Source: Podarcis tiliguerta
Lineage: Eukaryota
Direction: 5' to 3' (one strand)
Assembly (NCBI GenBank): GCA_965153285.1
Contig: OZ229121.1
Length of the DNA stretch: 64,000 nucleotides
Shown: positions 26,294-39,639 of the stretch, piece after piece
How the letters are laid out: the number at the start of each line of letters is the position of its first letter
Position numbering within the stretch: position 1 is the stretch's first letter
The notes under the pieces: generated by a model
The model's input: only the letters and a program-made list of their open reading frames with translations
What the model was told of the DNA's origin: nothing
Databases searched by the model: none
Made by a program: the position numbers and the translations under genes

Positions 26294-26506
26294 CAGTGGT
26301 ACCGCGGGTTAAGTACTTAATTCGTTCCAGAGGTCCGTTCTTAACCTGAAACTGTTATTAACCTGAAGCTCCACTTTAGCTAATGGGGCCTCCTGCTGCC
26401 GCCGCTACATGATTTCTTATCCTGAAGCAAAGTTCTTAACCTGAGGTACTATTTCTGGGGTAGCGGAGTCTGTAACCTGAAGTGTATGTAACGTGAGGTA
26501 CCACTG
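26294..26506 (+). mobile_element. Tc1/mariner MITE family B, inverted relative to 25987-26212
   Basis: Same TIRs and TA TSD. Confidence 0.9.
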
Positions 26507-29500
26507 TACCTAACTTTTACATTCAGGATTCAAAAGAACAGCTATATTCCTGGCTGCTCCAAATGTTCTTCTGACGGCTGCAAACATTTTCATTCTAAAC
26601 CATTTTATGCATAAATTGTTATTGTACTCGGTATTACAGAAGGCTCATTTTCCCTAGTTCAGCTGTTCCCAAGTGAAAAACAAGGAATCCCCACTTGCTC
26701 AAAACTTCACCCACTTCAGGGAGAAAGAGTAGCAGAGGCTTATAGAAAATGCAACATTTTTCACAGTTTTCCAGGAGAATATTATTCAGAAAGACTTTCC
26801 AGTTAAGCAGACAAGCTTAAGCCAATGCTCAGTGACTAATCCTTTTAAAACTTCCCTGGCTCCTGCATTTTAATAGCAATGGTGTGGCAAGAGGAGACAT
26901 TGTTATTTTCAGAGGGACTCTAAAACAGCAAATGGTGCATATTCTAATTCATAAACAGAAATTCTATGGATCACCCCCATAAGAGTACCATTCAGCAAAG
27001 TTATTTCCAACAGAATCGATAAGAGACTCCAAACTTTCATTGTTTTATAATATTGTTTATACAGCATTTCCTATGCTAGAGCATGCTACATGTATTTTAA
27101 TAGCACCACAAACTAGGTCAGTCACCAAAAGGTTTAGTTTATTAGCCAATGGGGACAAATATTAAAAGAGGAGCTGGTATTGATTAAAGGACAGAGCTGT
27201 TTATTTGAGGCCATTCTGTCGCTAGGAAAATAGAAGACCACTTTTTCCCTCCTAAAAATGCATGGTAAATTTATTTTACACTTCCTTGATTAACTTCAGA
27301 AGTACACATAATATATCACCTGGACTAAACAACTTGCAATCACTGGAGCAAAATTAACTGCATCCAAATATTCTCCGGCTATAGCTGTGGCACAGGTCTA
27401 CACAGTTGCACTATTGGACTCATCAAACCACTTTAGCCATGGCAAGTAAGGCCACACAAAGCCACAACAGTTCTATTCTATGGAAGGGAAAAGAATCATG
27501 GAGCAAACTGGTTACTGGTGGCTACTAATCAGCTGTTCTCAGTGGCCATCTCTGGCTTTTGTGGCTGCATTCCAGAAAGCCTGCTCTAAGCTACAGATCC
27601 TGTAGACTCACCAGCAACAGGAAATTGCAGACAATGATATCTATAGGGAGATGCTTGTGAACTCAGGGCTCATTGGAATTACCATAGTTCTATTCAAAAG
27701 TATAGCACTTATTTCCATTCATTTCTCTGTCTTATATCTAGGTTACAGACCAGCTTTGAAGCTTTGGGACTATACAATGGACTTGCCTTGAACTGCTCTT
27801 TTTTCCTTGTTTTTGTCACTCCCAGGACTTTCTCTTTTAACACGGAAGGGTTTGAATTCTAGCAAATAAAGAATACTCCCCTCCTCAAATGAGCACAAGA
27901 GGAAAGGGAAGACAAGGGAAATCTGTTCCATGGAAAAGCCATTTGGCAGACATCTCTCATTTTCCACAGACTCCATTACACAATATGCAAGGAGTCTGGA
28001 AAAGAGCCCAAAAACATCCAAGACAGACATTTAAACTGCCTAGTAATAGGCCAGCTGGTGTTCCCTGCAGAGTGATCTCATCACCACATCATGCGAATAT
28101 TCCTCCTTCAAAAATTCACCATGAGAAGGAAAAGGGACTGAAGAATTATCCATTCATTCTCATAGAACTTTATTTTAAGTGCAAAAGAAGTTTTGTACTG
28201 AGAGAAAATAAGTGCAGACATATATGGGCATGGTGGGAAATCTTTCTACCCTTTCTATCTTCAAAAAGGTGAGTTGTAACTAAGAGCTTATAATCACGTC
28301 GATCTCTACAGGTCTCGGTGTATCAGGCTGTAAGCAAAGAGGCAAGATTGTGTTACTTCCCAGTCTGTCACCCTGAACTCCAACCTCCAGGCAAAACTTT
28401 CCCAGAGTAACTGTTAAAATGACCTTCTCTGCTAGGAAAAGCAACTAATGCAGGAATTAGTACAATTTTCTTCATCCCAGAATGAATTATTGTCTGAAAT
28501 TAGGAAGCGATAGCAGGAAAACTGAACAGAACACCCCACTCTTCTAAATACAACTATGTTGCTAACAGCTTAATGAAGGAGGGAATAAGCACTGAAGGCT
28601 GGTTGGCAGGAAAAGTGTGGGAATTTCTTTTTTTTTTTTAAAGTTAGCTTTGAGTTTAATCTCTTTTTCAGCTGGACATCAACCGTGACCCTTCAAGGGG
28701 AGTTTTCAGAATTTGAGGACTGAGGAGTCCCAATTAATAAAATATCTTATAGAAAAGAGAAGACAGCTTTTCTTTGGGGTTATAGTCCATGAGGAAAGCA
28801 CAAAGAAGTTAGTGTTTGGCAGCCATGGTTTCCACAGTAACTTAGACGTACAGATCGTCTCCACTGGAACCCTCGGCACAAAGGAACATCGTACTTCTGG
28901 TTCACTTAAATAGCTTGTTTTCATTTCCCAGAGGTAAAAGAAGTAGCAGCTATGAGCATGGAGAACAGAGGGAAATAAATAGAAATATTAATCTGCAGAA
29001 ATTATATTCAACCATTTTCCTATTGTGGAAAATGCATTTTTTTGCATACATGTTACTGTGGCTTCCCCTTAAAACCTTGTCATACAATTGTTTTAAAAAC
29101 ATGTGCACACTGAGTTAACGTAATTGTGCTGAAGAGAGAGGACAAACCACAGGATTTTTGCAACTGCCAATTTGGCCATTATATAAAATACAGTTTATTG
29201 CGTAATGTGTATCAGGTTGTATGTACTTGTGTTATTACACAAGTTAAGCTGAACTGACCACTAACCTCCAATTCTGGAGGTGAGCTGCAAAGCAGTTTTA
29301 TTTCCTTATGTGGTACCTTTTATTTTTTAACGTCTACCAAACAATTCAGCAATACATTTGTTTCCTGACTACAGGTCACTTAAATTGGGCTTTTCAGAGG
29401 GGAAGTAATGTTGATTTATTGTAGTAAAAGCAGTACAGAGTCTTGTAGTGCCCAAAAACCAACAAATCCATTGTGGTATAAATTTCCATGGACTAGAAAC

Positions 29501-30161
29501 CACTTCCTCAGATGTATCTTCAGATGGCAGATTACCGACATAGAGTCCCTAAATAGTGTGGATAAAAGGCCATACAATGCCTCCCCCCCCCCCAAAAAAA
29601 ACCAGTCATTCTGCCACACTTTTATGCCGAGCTAAAATTTATAGAAGATGGGAATAGTGACCCAGTCGCTGGAGTTAATAATCCTGTGTATAAGCATTTA
29701 AATAAGCTCACTCCAAAGTGAAATTCATTAGCAGCTAGTGGCTAATGTATGCTTGCTCCAAAGTGGGTCTGAAAAGTACAGTACAGTAAATCTGAGACCT
29801 GTGTGTTTAAATTGTTTGTGGCTCAGAGCCATAGCTGTCCAACAAAGATTCCAATCCCTGGATCACCTACAAGTGTTGATATTAGATCAAGACTGTTCAC
29901 CTTTTGGAAACAACTCTTCAATGCTAGAAATTCAACAATCATGTCAGTAGATAAAAACTATCAACATGCTATTGGCAAGCTTTATGTCATGCCCGTGACT
30001 GTTAAGCAAGTGGTTTCGTCTGCCAAAATGGTTGTGGACTGTGGCAATTTCACATGCATCTCATGTTGGTTGGTCACGTCGGGACACTAATCAGCTGCTC
30101 CATTTCCTCTTTTCTTCTACTTTAAGCCCACATGCCTGTCTACAAACCCTCCACAAATCAA

Positions 30162-30263
30162 ATGCCACCCATAAATTGATCACTTTCTTGATTGAAAGAG
30201 GATTTCTTATGAATTCAGGAAATCCTATTTCAATAAATAAAGCGATCAAGTTATGGGTGGCAT
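30162..30263. repeat. Inverted repeat: 45-bp arms, 12-nt loop
   Basis: ATGCCACCCATAAATTGATC...GGATTTC pairs with GAAATCC...GATCAAGTTATGGGTGGCAT; 5 mismatches, no gaps. Confidence 0.9.
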
Positions 30264-30685
30264 AAATGTATTGGTGAAATTATTATTGCTGCAAGTTTCC
30301 TTCTGAGACAAATAGCAACGAATCTCTCTCTCCACATTATTTATGCCCTTCTACTTCAGTCCCGATGATTCAACCACTAGCTTCCTCTCTGGCACACATA
30401 AGTTTGCCTGGTGTAATGTGCGGTAAGTTGTAAAGAGAAGACTTTTTTTAAAGGAAACCAAGTCCATGGTTTTAGTCTCAAAACCAGTTTTTGAAAACAA
30501 CTGCTAACTTTATATCACAAAGGTTCTTTGATTAGTCTCAACTCCAAGGTGTTTTAGAGACTTGATGCTAAATTTTAGAATGCTATATTATTTATTTATC
30601 CAACTAACTTACATCCCATTTTACTCATGGAGTTGAAATCACCTTATAATAATGCAGATGTTGCTGGACTCCCATCAGCCCCAGT

Positions 30686-30850
30686 CACCTATTTATCTCC
30701 TTGCACTTTGACGTGTTTTCAAACTGCTAGGTGGGCAGGAGCTGGGACCGAACAACGGGTGCTCACCCTGCCGTGGGGATTCAAACCGCCAACCTTCTGA
30801 TCAGCAAGCCCTAGGCTCAGTGGTTTAGACCACAGCACCACCCGTGTCCC
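30686..30850 (-). mobile_element. Sauria SINE 5' fragment
   Basis: Reverse complement of the SINE head. Confidence 0.75.
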
Positions 30851-31557
30851 ATTAGAAATGTATATCATCTTATTTCTGACATTCTGAATTTCTAATGGAA
30901 AGTTTTGCAGTTTCTCTGCTTCTTGGGTGTGTTCAAGGTGACAATTTAAAGCAAGAGTTACTCCAATATTGATCAGTTACAAAAACGAGGCAGATAAAGC
31001 CAAGAAATGGATTGCGGTGCTCCTGCTCCTATCCACTCTTTGATTACTGTATTCTCACTGCAAAGACTTAAAATCTGGGTTTCAGTTTTGTCACAATCTG
31101 AATGTTGTCAGCATATGATGGCTGTGTGTTTGTAGTGATCTAAATTCTATCATTTATAAGAGAAATAAATATACAGAACATTCACTTCAGCTGCTTCATA
31201 GGGATTGTTGTGATCAGAGGACAGTATAAATATTTACAGCCCAGTCTTCAGCATGTTAACTTGGATGCAACTTTTACCAAACAATAGCACTTAGCTTTAA
31301 GTTCATATGCCTAAGGATCGGATTGCAATTCAAACTAATGATGCAATCCTATGCATTGCTATTTGCAAGCAATTTCTGCAATCGAGTAAGACTACAGCCC
31401 AAGGGTACACACAGAATAGTAGTCTTAGGCTTGGGCCCATGAGCCCTAAAATTGAAACCTCATTTTAACTAAGGCCACCCATTATCATCTCTGATTTTCT
31501 CTGTATCATTTCTCAGACTTAAAAAATGTAACAACACACCTCCAATTGGGAGAATTA

Positions 31558-31560
<3 letters not shown>

Positions 31561-31589
<29 letters not shown>
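31561..31589. repeat. (AT)n microsatellite
   Basis: Read directly. Confidence 0.95.
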
Positions 31590-31592
<3 letters not shown>

Positions 31593-34500
31593 ACTCCCCT
31601 CCCACCTTAGCAGCAGGTTGGGCTCCAGATCTAGTTCATTTTTAGTTCATTTCGTTCATTTACTAAATGAAAGAGTTCATAATTTGAGGGGGAAAGTTAT
31701 AAAGGAAAGACTACCTTTCCCACAAATAAAACGAAACTTTTAACGTAAGTGCTTGCCTTAGTTACAATGTTCATGAGAAAAACTTTGACTTACTCTACTA
31801 CTTACACTTATCCAGTTAAGAGGCTTATTGTTACTACGTACAGAGATTAGCCATGAGATAATGCTTACAAGTTAATTATTTTGGCGGCTTAGGCTCTGTA
31901 ACTTAGTAGAGATTACTTGGCTTGCTTTGCAACAACCTGGGAAAGTTTTCTGTCTTGAGATGCTTTAACCCAGAAGTGGCTAACCTGGGCCCCTCCAGAT
32001 GTTACTGACTACATCTCTCATAATCCAGGACTATTTATTGGCTGAGGATAATGGAATCTGAAGTTGAACAACATCTGGAGGACATAGCTTGCCAGCCCTG
32101 CTTTAGCTATAAGAAGCAGCAAGATACATTTAGCCTTACAGTAATGCAATGTGTTTTGATGGATAGGATAAAGGACTCTGCTTCTCTTGGTGGTATCATA
32201 CCATAACTGTTGAGTGAGTCTCACTAAGATTAAAATGGTGCAGAATTTGTCCCTTTAAACAATACTGTTGCACTTCAGTATGAAACAACTACTGTATAAT
32301 GTTATGTTTTTGCATACTACAGAATATCAACCATTCAGGGCCTAAAGTTTTGACAAAGCTATTGTTCTCCAAGACAGACAGTGCCCAAGTCTGAGACAAT
32401 TCTTTATCAATAAGCGCACCACAGGATCACCACATCAAGGCAACAGATTCTGCACTAGACTTAGAGGCCAACGGTGTTTCTTAATTGACACAAACAGTAC
32501 AATTGCAGTGTCAAATAACTACATCTTACAACTCCATTTCAGCATATAGATTGTGCTGAAAATGTCCCTCAACAGCCTATAATGTCCAAACAATGTTGTC
32601 ATTAGGGAAACAGATGAAAAGATATAAATCTTGTATTAAAAGCAGAAACACAACGTAACTTGCAAAGCAGCAGTTCAGCTTTCAAGGACACTCCAAAATG
32701 ATCATTCGTAAGAAAATTATTAATTTTCTTCCTTAAGGAGCATAAGGTGGGAGAAGAATTTATACAATGTTGATCTAGCACTACAGAGTCTTCTCCCATT
32801 TTAAAAACTAAGTGAACAGTTTATCACTATAAGCTCCCCACATTCCTTAGTACTTGACATACAGATTATAAACATACAGCATTGTAATGCTTGTTGCCAA
32901 CTATCCAAGTTTTTCATATGAAGAATCATGTAACCTACGAACCCTTGTGCTGTTACAAATTTGTCATCTCAAAGAGGTTCTACTGAATTGATATTTTAAA
33001 TACTTTAACTGAAAACCAGAGCTGACATTAAATACGATTTTTTTTGTATTTTCAAGAGAAGCCTTTAAAAATCAGCATTTCCCTCCACAAATACGCTACA
33101 GTCACATGGAACTGCTTGAATTTCTGTAATCCCACTAACTAGATAGGTCTTACGTTTATAATGCTTGCATTTTGCTGTCACAAGAGCAGTGCCAGGTAAA
33201 GCTTATGAACAATAAAATTTCCTAGAGGAATTATGGAGACAATATATGAATAAGTCTGCTGTGATTGTGTAATACAGACCAGGTTAATGAATGCATACAT
33301 CCTGAGGGAAATTAGAACTTACAGGTAATTCTAACACAACAAATTAAGATTCCAGCTGCAGAATACATCATCTAGTAACATTGTAGGAAGGAATTCTCAC
33401 ATAGCAGGGAAGAACTTCCCAGTCAACATACTGACAAACAAGCCAAACCAGACCACAACAAAGAATGGGGTCATAACAAAGACTGTGGCTACCTAAATAT
33501 CTGGCGAGAAGAACTTTAGAGAAGTTAAAAACCACTACTAAAATGTGCTGTGTTTGGTCATGGAAATGCTCTCATACTACACAGCAATATTTATAGCAGT
33601 GTTAAATAACTAGCACGCTTGGTGGTTTTTCTAGAGGGATAAACCTCACTAGTTATCTGCCACTAATACCTGTAAAATATGCATTTGTCAACACAAAGAT
33701 TTAACACAGAGAAGGGGGGAATTAAGAATGCCCCTCCCTACAGGTGTCCCCCATACTTATGCAGAGGTTATGGTCCAGCCCCCCCATAAGGGAAAATTGT
33801 GTAAGTGGGGAGCAGCCTCTAAACAGCCTTTTAAACGCCCCCTCTGCCGCTCTATTTCCAATCCAGACCAAAAATACTGTATCGAAAAATACCCACAGCT
33901 AGGATTGAAGCTCTGGGGCCGGGAGGAGGCTGGAGGACATGTGGGAAAGTGGCTGCTGCTGTGATACCCCATACGTCAGCTGTTAGGCGGGGAGGCTGAG
34001 TACCATGACCAAAGCCCTGCTGCACCTCCAGTTTCTTTGGGGCTTCCTGCACCCACACTGACGTCCTCTCTGGGCTCCAAGTAGGATCTCCTTGTGAGCT
34101 GCGAGGACTCAGTCTCCAGCTCTTGCCTGCCATTTCCAGACTTGAATTCACTTCCCGGCGCTGTGCATGTACACAGTTGCACACAAGTCGCTTTTGTGCA
34201 AGTGTGGGGGTGCCTGCAGTTCTCTTCCACAATATACGATGAAAGTGAAATGAAACACAACCTGTTAAAACACATACAAATCAGGGTTCCAAGTGTGCAC
34301 TCTGATCAGATTTCCCAAGGTGAAAACGGCTGCCACTTAACTGTGGCTAAGATGTTGGGTGAGATTTGCTCACAGGAAAAGAAGGAATGGGGGAATGGAG
34401 CAGAGCCGGCTTCCAAACCTTGGTTAAGAATACATCTGCACCAGTAGCATTTTGCTACTGGCGCAGGTCCAATTGTGACTACATGAAGATTTCTAGACAC

Positions 34501-35843
34501 CAGGTTTGTGAGTGACAATCGCCATCGAGGCAGCTGACTTGTGTGCAGCAAAAGATATGTGTCTTGTGCTTCTGCACTGCCGCATGAATCAAGGACCCCT
34601 TGCGGGGCATCTTAGTCCTGCATCATCACATGAAGGAAATAAATACATATTTTTTGACTGTGCAGCCTTTCCAAAGGCCACCCAAATGGAACACACAGAC
34701 CACAGTTTAAAAACCTCTGCCTTAGTCCGCAGTTAATACCATTTCCATTCCCACTCTGTGTGTATGTTTCGCCTTCTTGCGTACTGGGACACGTGAATTG
34801 TTGCAAGAGCCAAGCCACAGTCAAGCAGCGTAGTTGAGATCATAAAATTGTAGCATCGGAAGGGATCCCGAGGGTCATCTAGTCCAACCCCCTGGCAAAC
34901 AGATCACAACCTAGTTTTTTGCAGCAATCACAACCTAGGTTTAAGGTGCCATTTGGCACCTAGCTTATATACCTGAGTTTCTAACACTGATATGCACCAG
35001 GCTCTTATATTGCTTTTTCCAGATCTTGGAGTGGGTTCAAAAAGAAAATGATTTAAAGCTGCCAGCAAGGCCTATATTCCTAACACCGCAAAGCTTCTAT
35101 AAATAAAATATGTAATAGAATCGAAGTTTAAAAATGCGCCTAATAAAATTTAAGACCCTCTTTTTGATCCATTTCTGAACCTTCGGCAGAGACACTGAAG
35201 ATGACCAACAATCCAGCCCCAACACTGTATGCATGGAGATAATCCACACCTTACCTACTGCTGCTATTCAAATATTAATGATACAGCACTCGAGTTACTT
35301 TATTCCAGATGCAGAGTTGCAATTCCTGTGGAGCTCAATACACATTGAAAGAAACACTGACATTTATACAGTCTACCTATATGAATGCCAATTGGCACAT
35401 CTTGTTTTGTCATAAATTTTTACATGTACAAGATGCATGGGCATCCAGAAAATTAGAAATTAGAGCAGAATGTAAACTTAAAATTGCAGCTTATCTCCTG
35501 ATTTAAACATTTATTGATGTTAAGAGTCCTAGCAATAAGAGTTTTGTGCCAACAGAGCTCAAGCTGGCACAGAGAATGAAATGACAGAGAATCTCTACAA
35601 AACTTTGCTTAACTCACATTAGCCAAAGTCACATTTAGACACAAGCCCATTTCTGTGCGACAGTGGTCTCCAGCACTATTTTGCAAAAATAGCCACAACC
35701 AAACGTAAGGTGATACAGCTTATGAAGGATTATTTATGAAACAAGCCATACGTCAATGCTTTAAGAATGAGGAAACATATGATATGGAGGAAGTGTTTAA
35801 AAGGTCTTAAAATTTGCCACAATTTATTGACAAACATAAAAAC

Positions 35844-35987
35844 GTAGCTCAGTGGCTACAGCATGAGACTCTTAATCTCCAGGTCATGGGTTTGAGACCC
35901 ACATTGGGCAAAAAGATTTCAGCATTGCAGGGGCTGGACTAGATGACCCCCGTGGTCCTTTCCAACTCTACAATTCTATGATTCTAT
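35844..35987 (+). mobile_element. tRNA-Lys(CTT)-derived SINE with CR1 3' tail
   Basis: TAGCTCAGTGG...GCATGAGACTCTTAATCTC...TTGGGC head, then GGACTAGATGACC...ATTCTATGATTCT. Confidence 0.85.
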
Positions 35988-36429
35988 AAGAAGAACCATC
36001 CTAGATCAAGCCAAAGGCCCAAACAATCCAACAGGATTTTCTTGCTTGTGATACTGCTTCTGCAGGAGTCTCCCCTCTCCTAGAGAAACATTTGTCTCCC
36101 TCCTTATTGAGCTTTATGCATGGCAGAATGAAGCATCTTTACAATCACGCTTCTGGGCTAGAATGCTGCTGCTTGGTTTTCTCACTTAGATTTCTCACTG
36201 TGGCTTGGGACGATTGGGCGGTTTTAAATGGAATATATATATTTTAAAAGAAACCTGATTCCTAGTTTAATATATTAATGCTGTTGGAGGTGGGGAAACC
36301 TATTTTCAGCTTGAGGACCGCATTCATTTGCAGTCAACCTGCCAGGGTCACATGCAAGTGGTGGGCGGGTCTGACACAAAAGCGGATGGAGTTACTGAAG
36401 CAATTATTTTCTGTAAAATGGGTTACATT

Positions 36430-37582
36430 CATAGAATCATAGAATCATAGAATCATAGAGTTGGAAGAGACCACAAGGGCCATCGAGTCCAACCCCCTGC
36501 CAAGCAGGAAACACCATCAGAGCACTCCTGACATATGGTTGTCAAGCCTCTGCTTAAAGACCTCCAAAGAAGGAGACTCCACCACACTCCTTGGCAGCAA
36601 ATTCCACTGTCGAACAGCTCTTACTGTCAGGAAGTTCTTCCTAATGTTTAGGTGGAATCTTCTTTCTTGTAGTTTGGATCCATTGCTCCGTGTCCGCTTC
36701 TCTGGAGCAGCAGAAAACAACCTTTCTCCCTCCTCTATGTGACATCCTTTTATATATTTGAACATGGCTATCATATCACCCCTTAACCTCCTCTTCTCCA
36801 GGCTAAACATGCCCAGCTCCCTTAGCCGTTCCTCATAAGGCATCGTTTCCAGGCCTTTGACCATTTTGGTTGCCCTCCTCTGGACACGTTCCAGTTTGTC
36901 AATGTCCTTCTTGAACTGTGGTGCCCAGAACTGGACACAGTACTCCAGGTGAGGTCTGACCAGAGCAGAATACAGTGGCACTATAACTTCCCTTGATCTA
37001 GATGCTATACTCCTATTGATGCAGCCCAGAATTGAATTGGCTTTTTTAGCTGCCGCGTCACACTGTTGGCTCATGTCAAGTTTGTGGTCAACCAAGACTC
37101 CTAGATCCTTTTCACATGTACTGCTCTCAAGCCAGGTGTCACCCATCTTGTATTTGTGCCTCTCATTTTTTTTGCCCAAGTGCAATACTTTACATTTCTC
37201 CCTGTTAAAATTCATCTTGTTTCTTTTGGCCCAGTTCTCTAATCTGTCAAGGTCATTTTGAAGTGTGATCCTGTCCTCTGGGGTGTTAGCCACCCCTCCC
37301 AGTTTGGTGTCATCTGCAAATTTGATCAGGATGCCCTTGAGTCCATCATCCAAGTCGTTGATAAAGATGTTGAATAAGACCGGGCCCAAGACAGAACCCT
37401 GTGGCACCCCACTAGTCACTCTTCTCCAGGATGAAGAGGAACCATTGATGAGCACCCTTTGGGTCCGGTCAGTCAGCCAGTTACAAATCCATTGAGTGGT
37501 AGCAGAGTCAAGACCGCATTTTACCAGCTTCTTTACAAGAATATCATGGGGCACCTTGTCAAATGCCTTGCTGAAATCAAGG
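36430..37582 (-). mobile_element. CR1 LINE, 5'-truncated, young
   Basis: Uninterrupted ~355-aa RT/C-terminal ORF2 ([21 protein letters not shown]) and (ATTCTATG)n tail. Confidence 0.97.
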
Positions 37583-37899
37583 ATGACACACACACATTCT
37601 AGCCAAACATAATAAATCAGAGGTTTCTATATACACCTATACCCCTCTCTCTCCATCCAGATAAGAAGGAGGCATATAAGATTTCAGAAAAAAGCATTCA
37701 AGAAGGGTATGGAGTGGCGGAGAGGGAGATTAAGGAGAGAGGCTTGGATAGAGTCCTGAGGGTCATGCTGGAAGCCTAATAGGCCATAATTGGTTCTCAG
37801 GTCTGAAGTTCCCTGCCCCTGATTTGTACTGATAGGTAGACCACTCTGGGATCCCTTTGATGGTAGAAATTGCAGCATCAATAAAATCAGTCAATTAAT

Positions 37900-38190
37900 A
37901 ATCTAGACCAGTACTGTATCTTGTTCTCACAGTGGCCAATGAAATGCCTATGAGAAGCCTGCAAGCAAGATATGAGAACAACAGCTCCATCCCCACTTGT
38001 TGTCCCACCCCAGCAACTGCTATTCAGGGACATAATATCTCCAAAACTGGAAGCAGAAGAGTCAGCATGACCAGGAGCCATTGATACCCTTATCCTCAAT
38101 GAATTTGCCTAATCCCCTTTTAAAGATGTCCAGTTTGGCAGCCATTACTGCATCCTGCAGATAGCCAATTCCATAGATTAACTATGTGTC
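37900..38190 (-). mobile_element. Old CR1-type 3' end
   Basis: TGTTCTCACAGTGGCCAA...GCCATTGATA...TTATCCTC resembles reptile CR1 3' UTRs. Confidence 0.55.
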
Positions 38191-39639
38191 ATCAGAACAC
38201 CTCATATGCCATCAGAGACTAATCAAAGTTATCTCCCCAAAAAGATACCTTTGACATTATCTGCTCTACCTTTTTCTCTTTTATTGAAGAAGAACAGGAT
38301 ATTTCAATGCCATCATCATCACAGAGGTGTCTGTGGAGGGGATTATTATTTATTTATTGAATTTATATACCGCCCTATACCCAGAGGGCTATCTTGATTG
38401 AAAATGTATTGTAACTGTATTGTAACTTTTGAATAAATATTATTAAAACAAAAACTATGTATTGTACTTTAAGACCAATCTCTTTTGGTTTATGAATACG
38501 TAAGATTTCAGATGACACACACACAAATCACCGTCCCCCATGTTTTACCTTGAAAGCTTACACGCTCTTGCACCACCAGCAAGAGTTGGCTCAATAAATG
38601 GCATCACCTACAAACCTTGCATTTCTTATTCTGTAGGATCTTGGTTATGGAAATCCCTTGCTTTTCTCAAGTACAGCTGGAACCAACTCTCATAAGTTTC
38701 CAAAGCAAGCTGCAGACTTATTTGCCTATGCATTTGTGTGTTTTATCTTAATGTAGCCCACTCTGGGATTCCTTCAGCAATGAAGAGTGGGTAAGGAATC
38801 TTTTAAACAAACAAACAAGGCAATGAACTGTACAGCATATCATAATAAAGGTTAGCAAAAGCTGAGAGATTAGTAGGCTCTAGGGTTTCATTTATGGCAG
38901 CCAAAAAAGGCATGGGCCTTAGGAGCCCCAGCAAGGCCTCGGCTGGAAACAATGAATCTAGCACAATGACCTTAAAAAACCTTACTTCTGGTTTAAAATT
39001 CTGCCTTTTATAAATAATGTTCTGAGACTTTTTTCAATTAACTCTATAAAAACACATCCATTCGTTATAGTTTTGGAGGTCAGCTGCATGCTTAGGTCAA
39101 GTATGATTTCAACTTCCAAGGGCTGAAACAGCAAATGACTGGTTTTATGTACCGGTAAGTCTTTACATTACCATTTCTTCTCTGTACCGTTAAGGGCACA
39201 TACACACTCTTCCAGTTACTAACCTATGCAAAATACATTAACAAATCAGGATTAAGAGCTGAAATGTTCTGGAATTGGGTACTGACTGCTGCATAGAAGC
39301 CTTTCCCCCTCTGCTGTAAATAATTCACAAGGTCTGCCTCTGCAAGCAAATTCTTGTGTAAACAGGCTGAACTGTTGTTTTTAAGAGGAAGCCAAAGAAA
39401 CCAGGGAACGTGTAAAAACCGGGCAGAGTTCTGCGAATTTACAAGCAAGTCTCCTGAAGGTCATATCCACTGTCATGCAGTGCATGCAGCGGTTCGCGGA
39501 AAAATTGGGACAAACCGTAAGCACGCAGGGACACATCCCGCCTGCAAGCTAAATGAAGGCAATTCCTGCCAGCTTCCTGAACCTGAAGCAGCTCATCTGT
39601 CTGTCCAACGCCACATCTGCAATGGCAGCTTCCGTTGGC

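Noticed and set aside
36517-37593. 358-aa ORF as a host gene or autonomous element
   Set aside because: 5'-truncated CR1 ORF2 lacking endonuclease, ORF1 and promoter.
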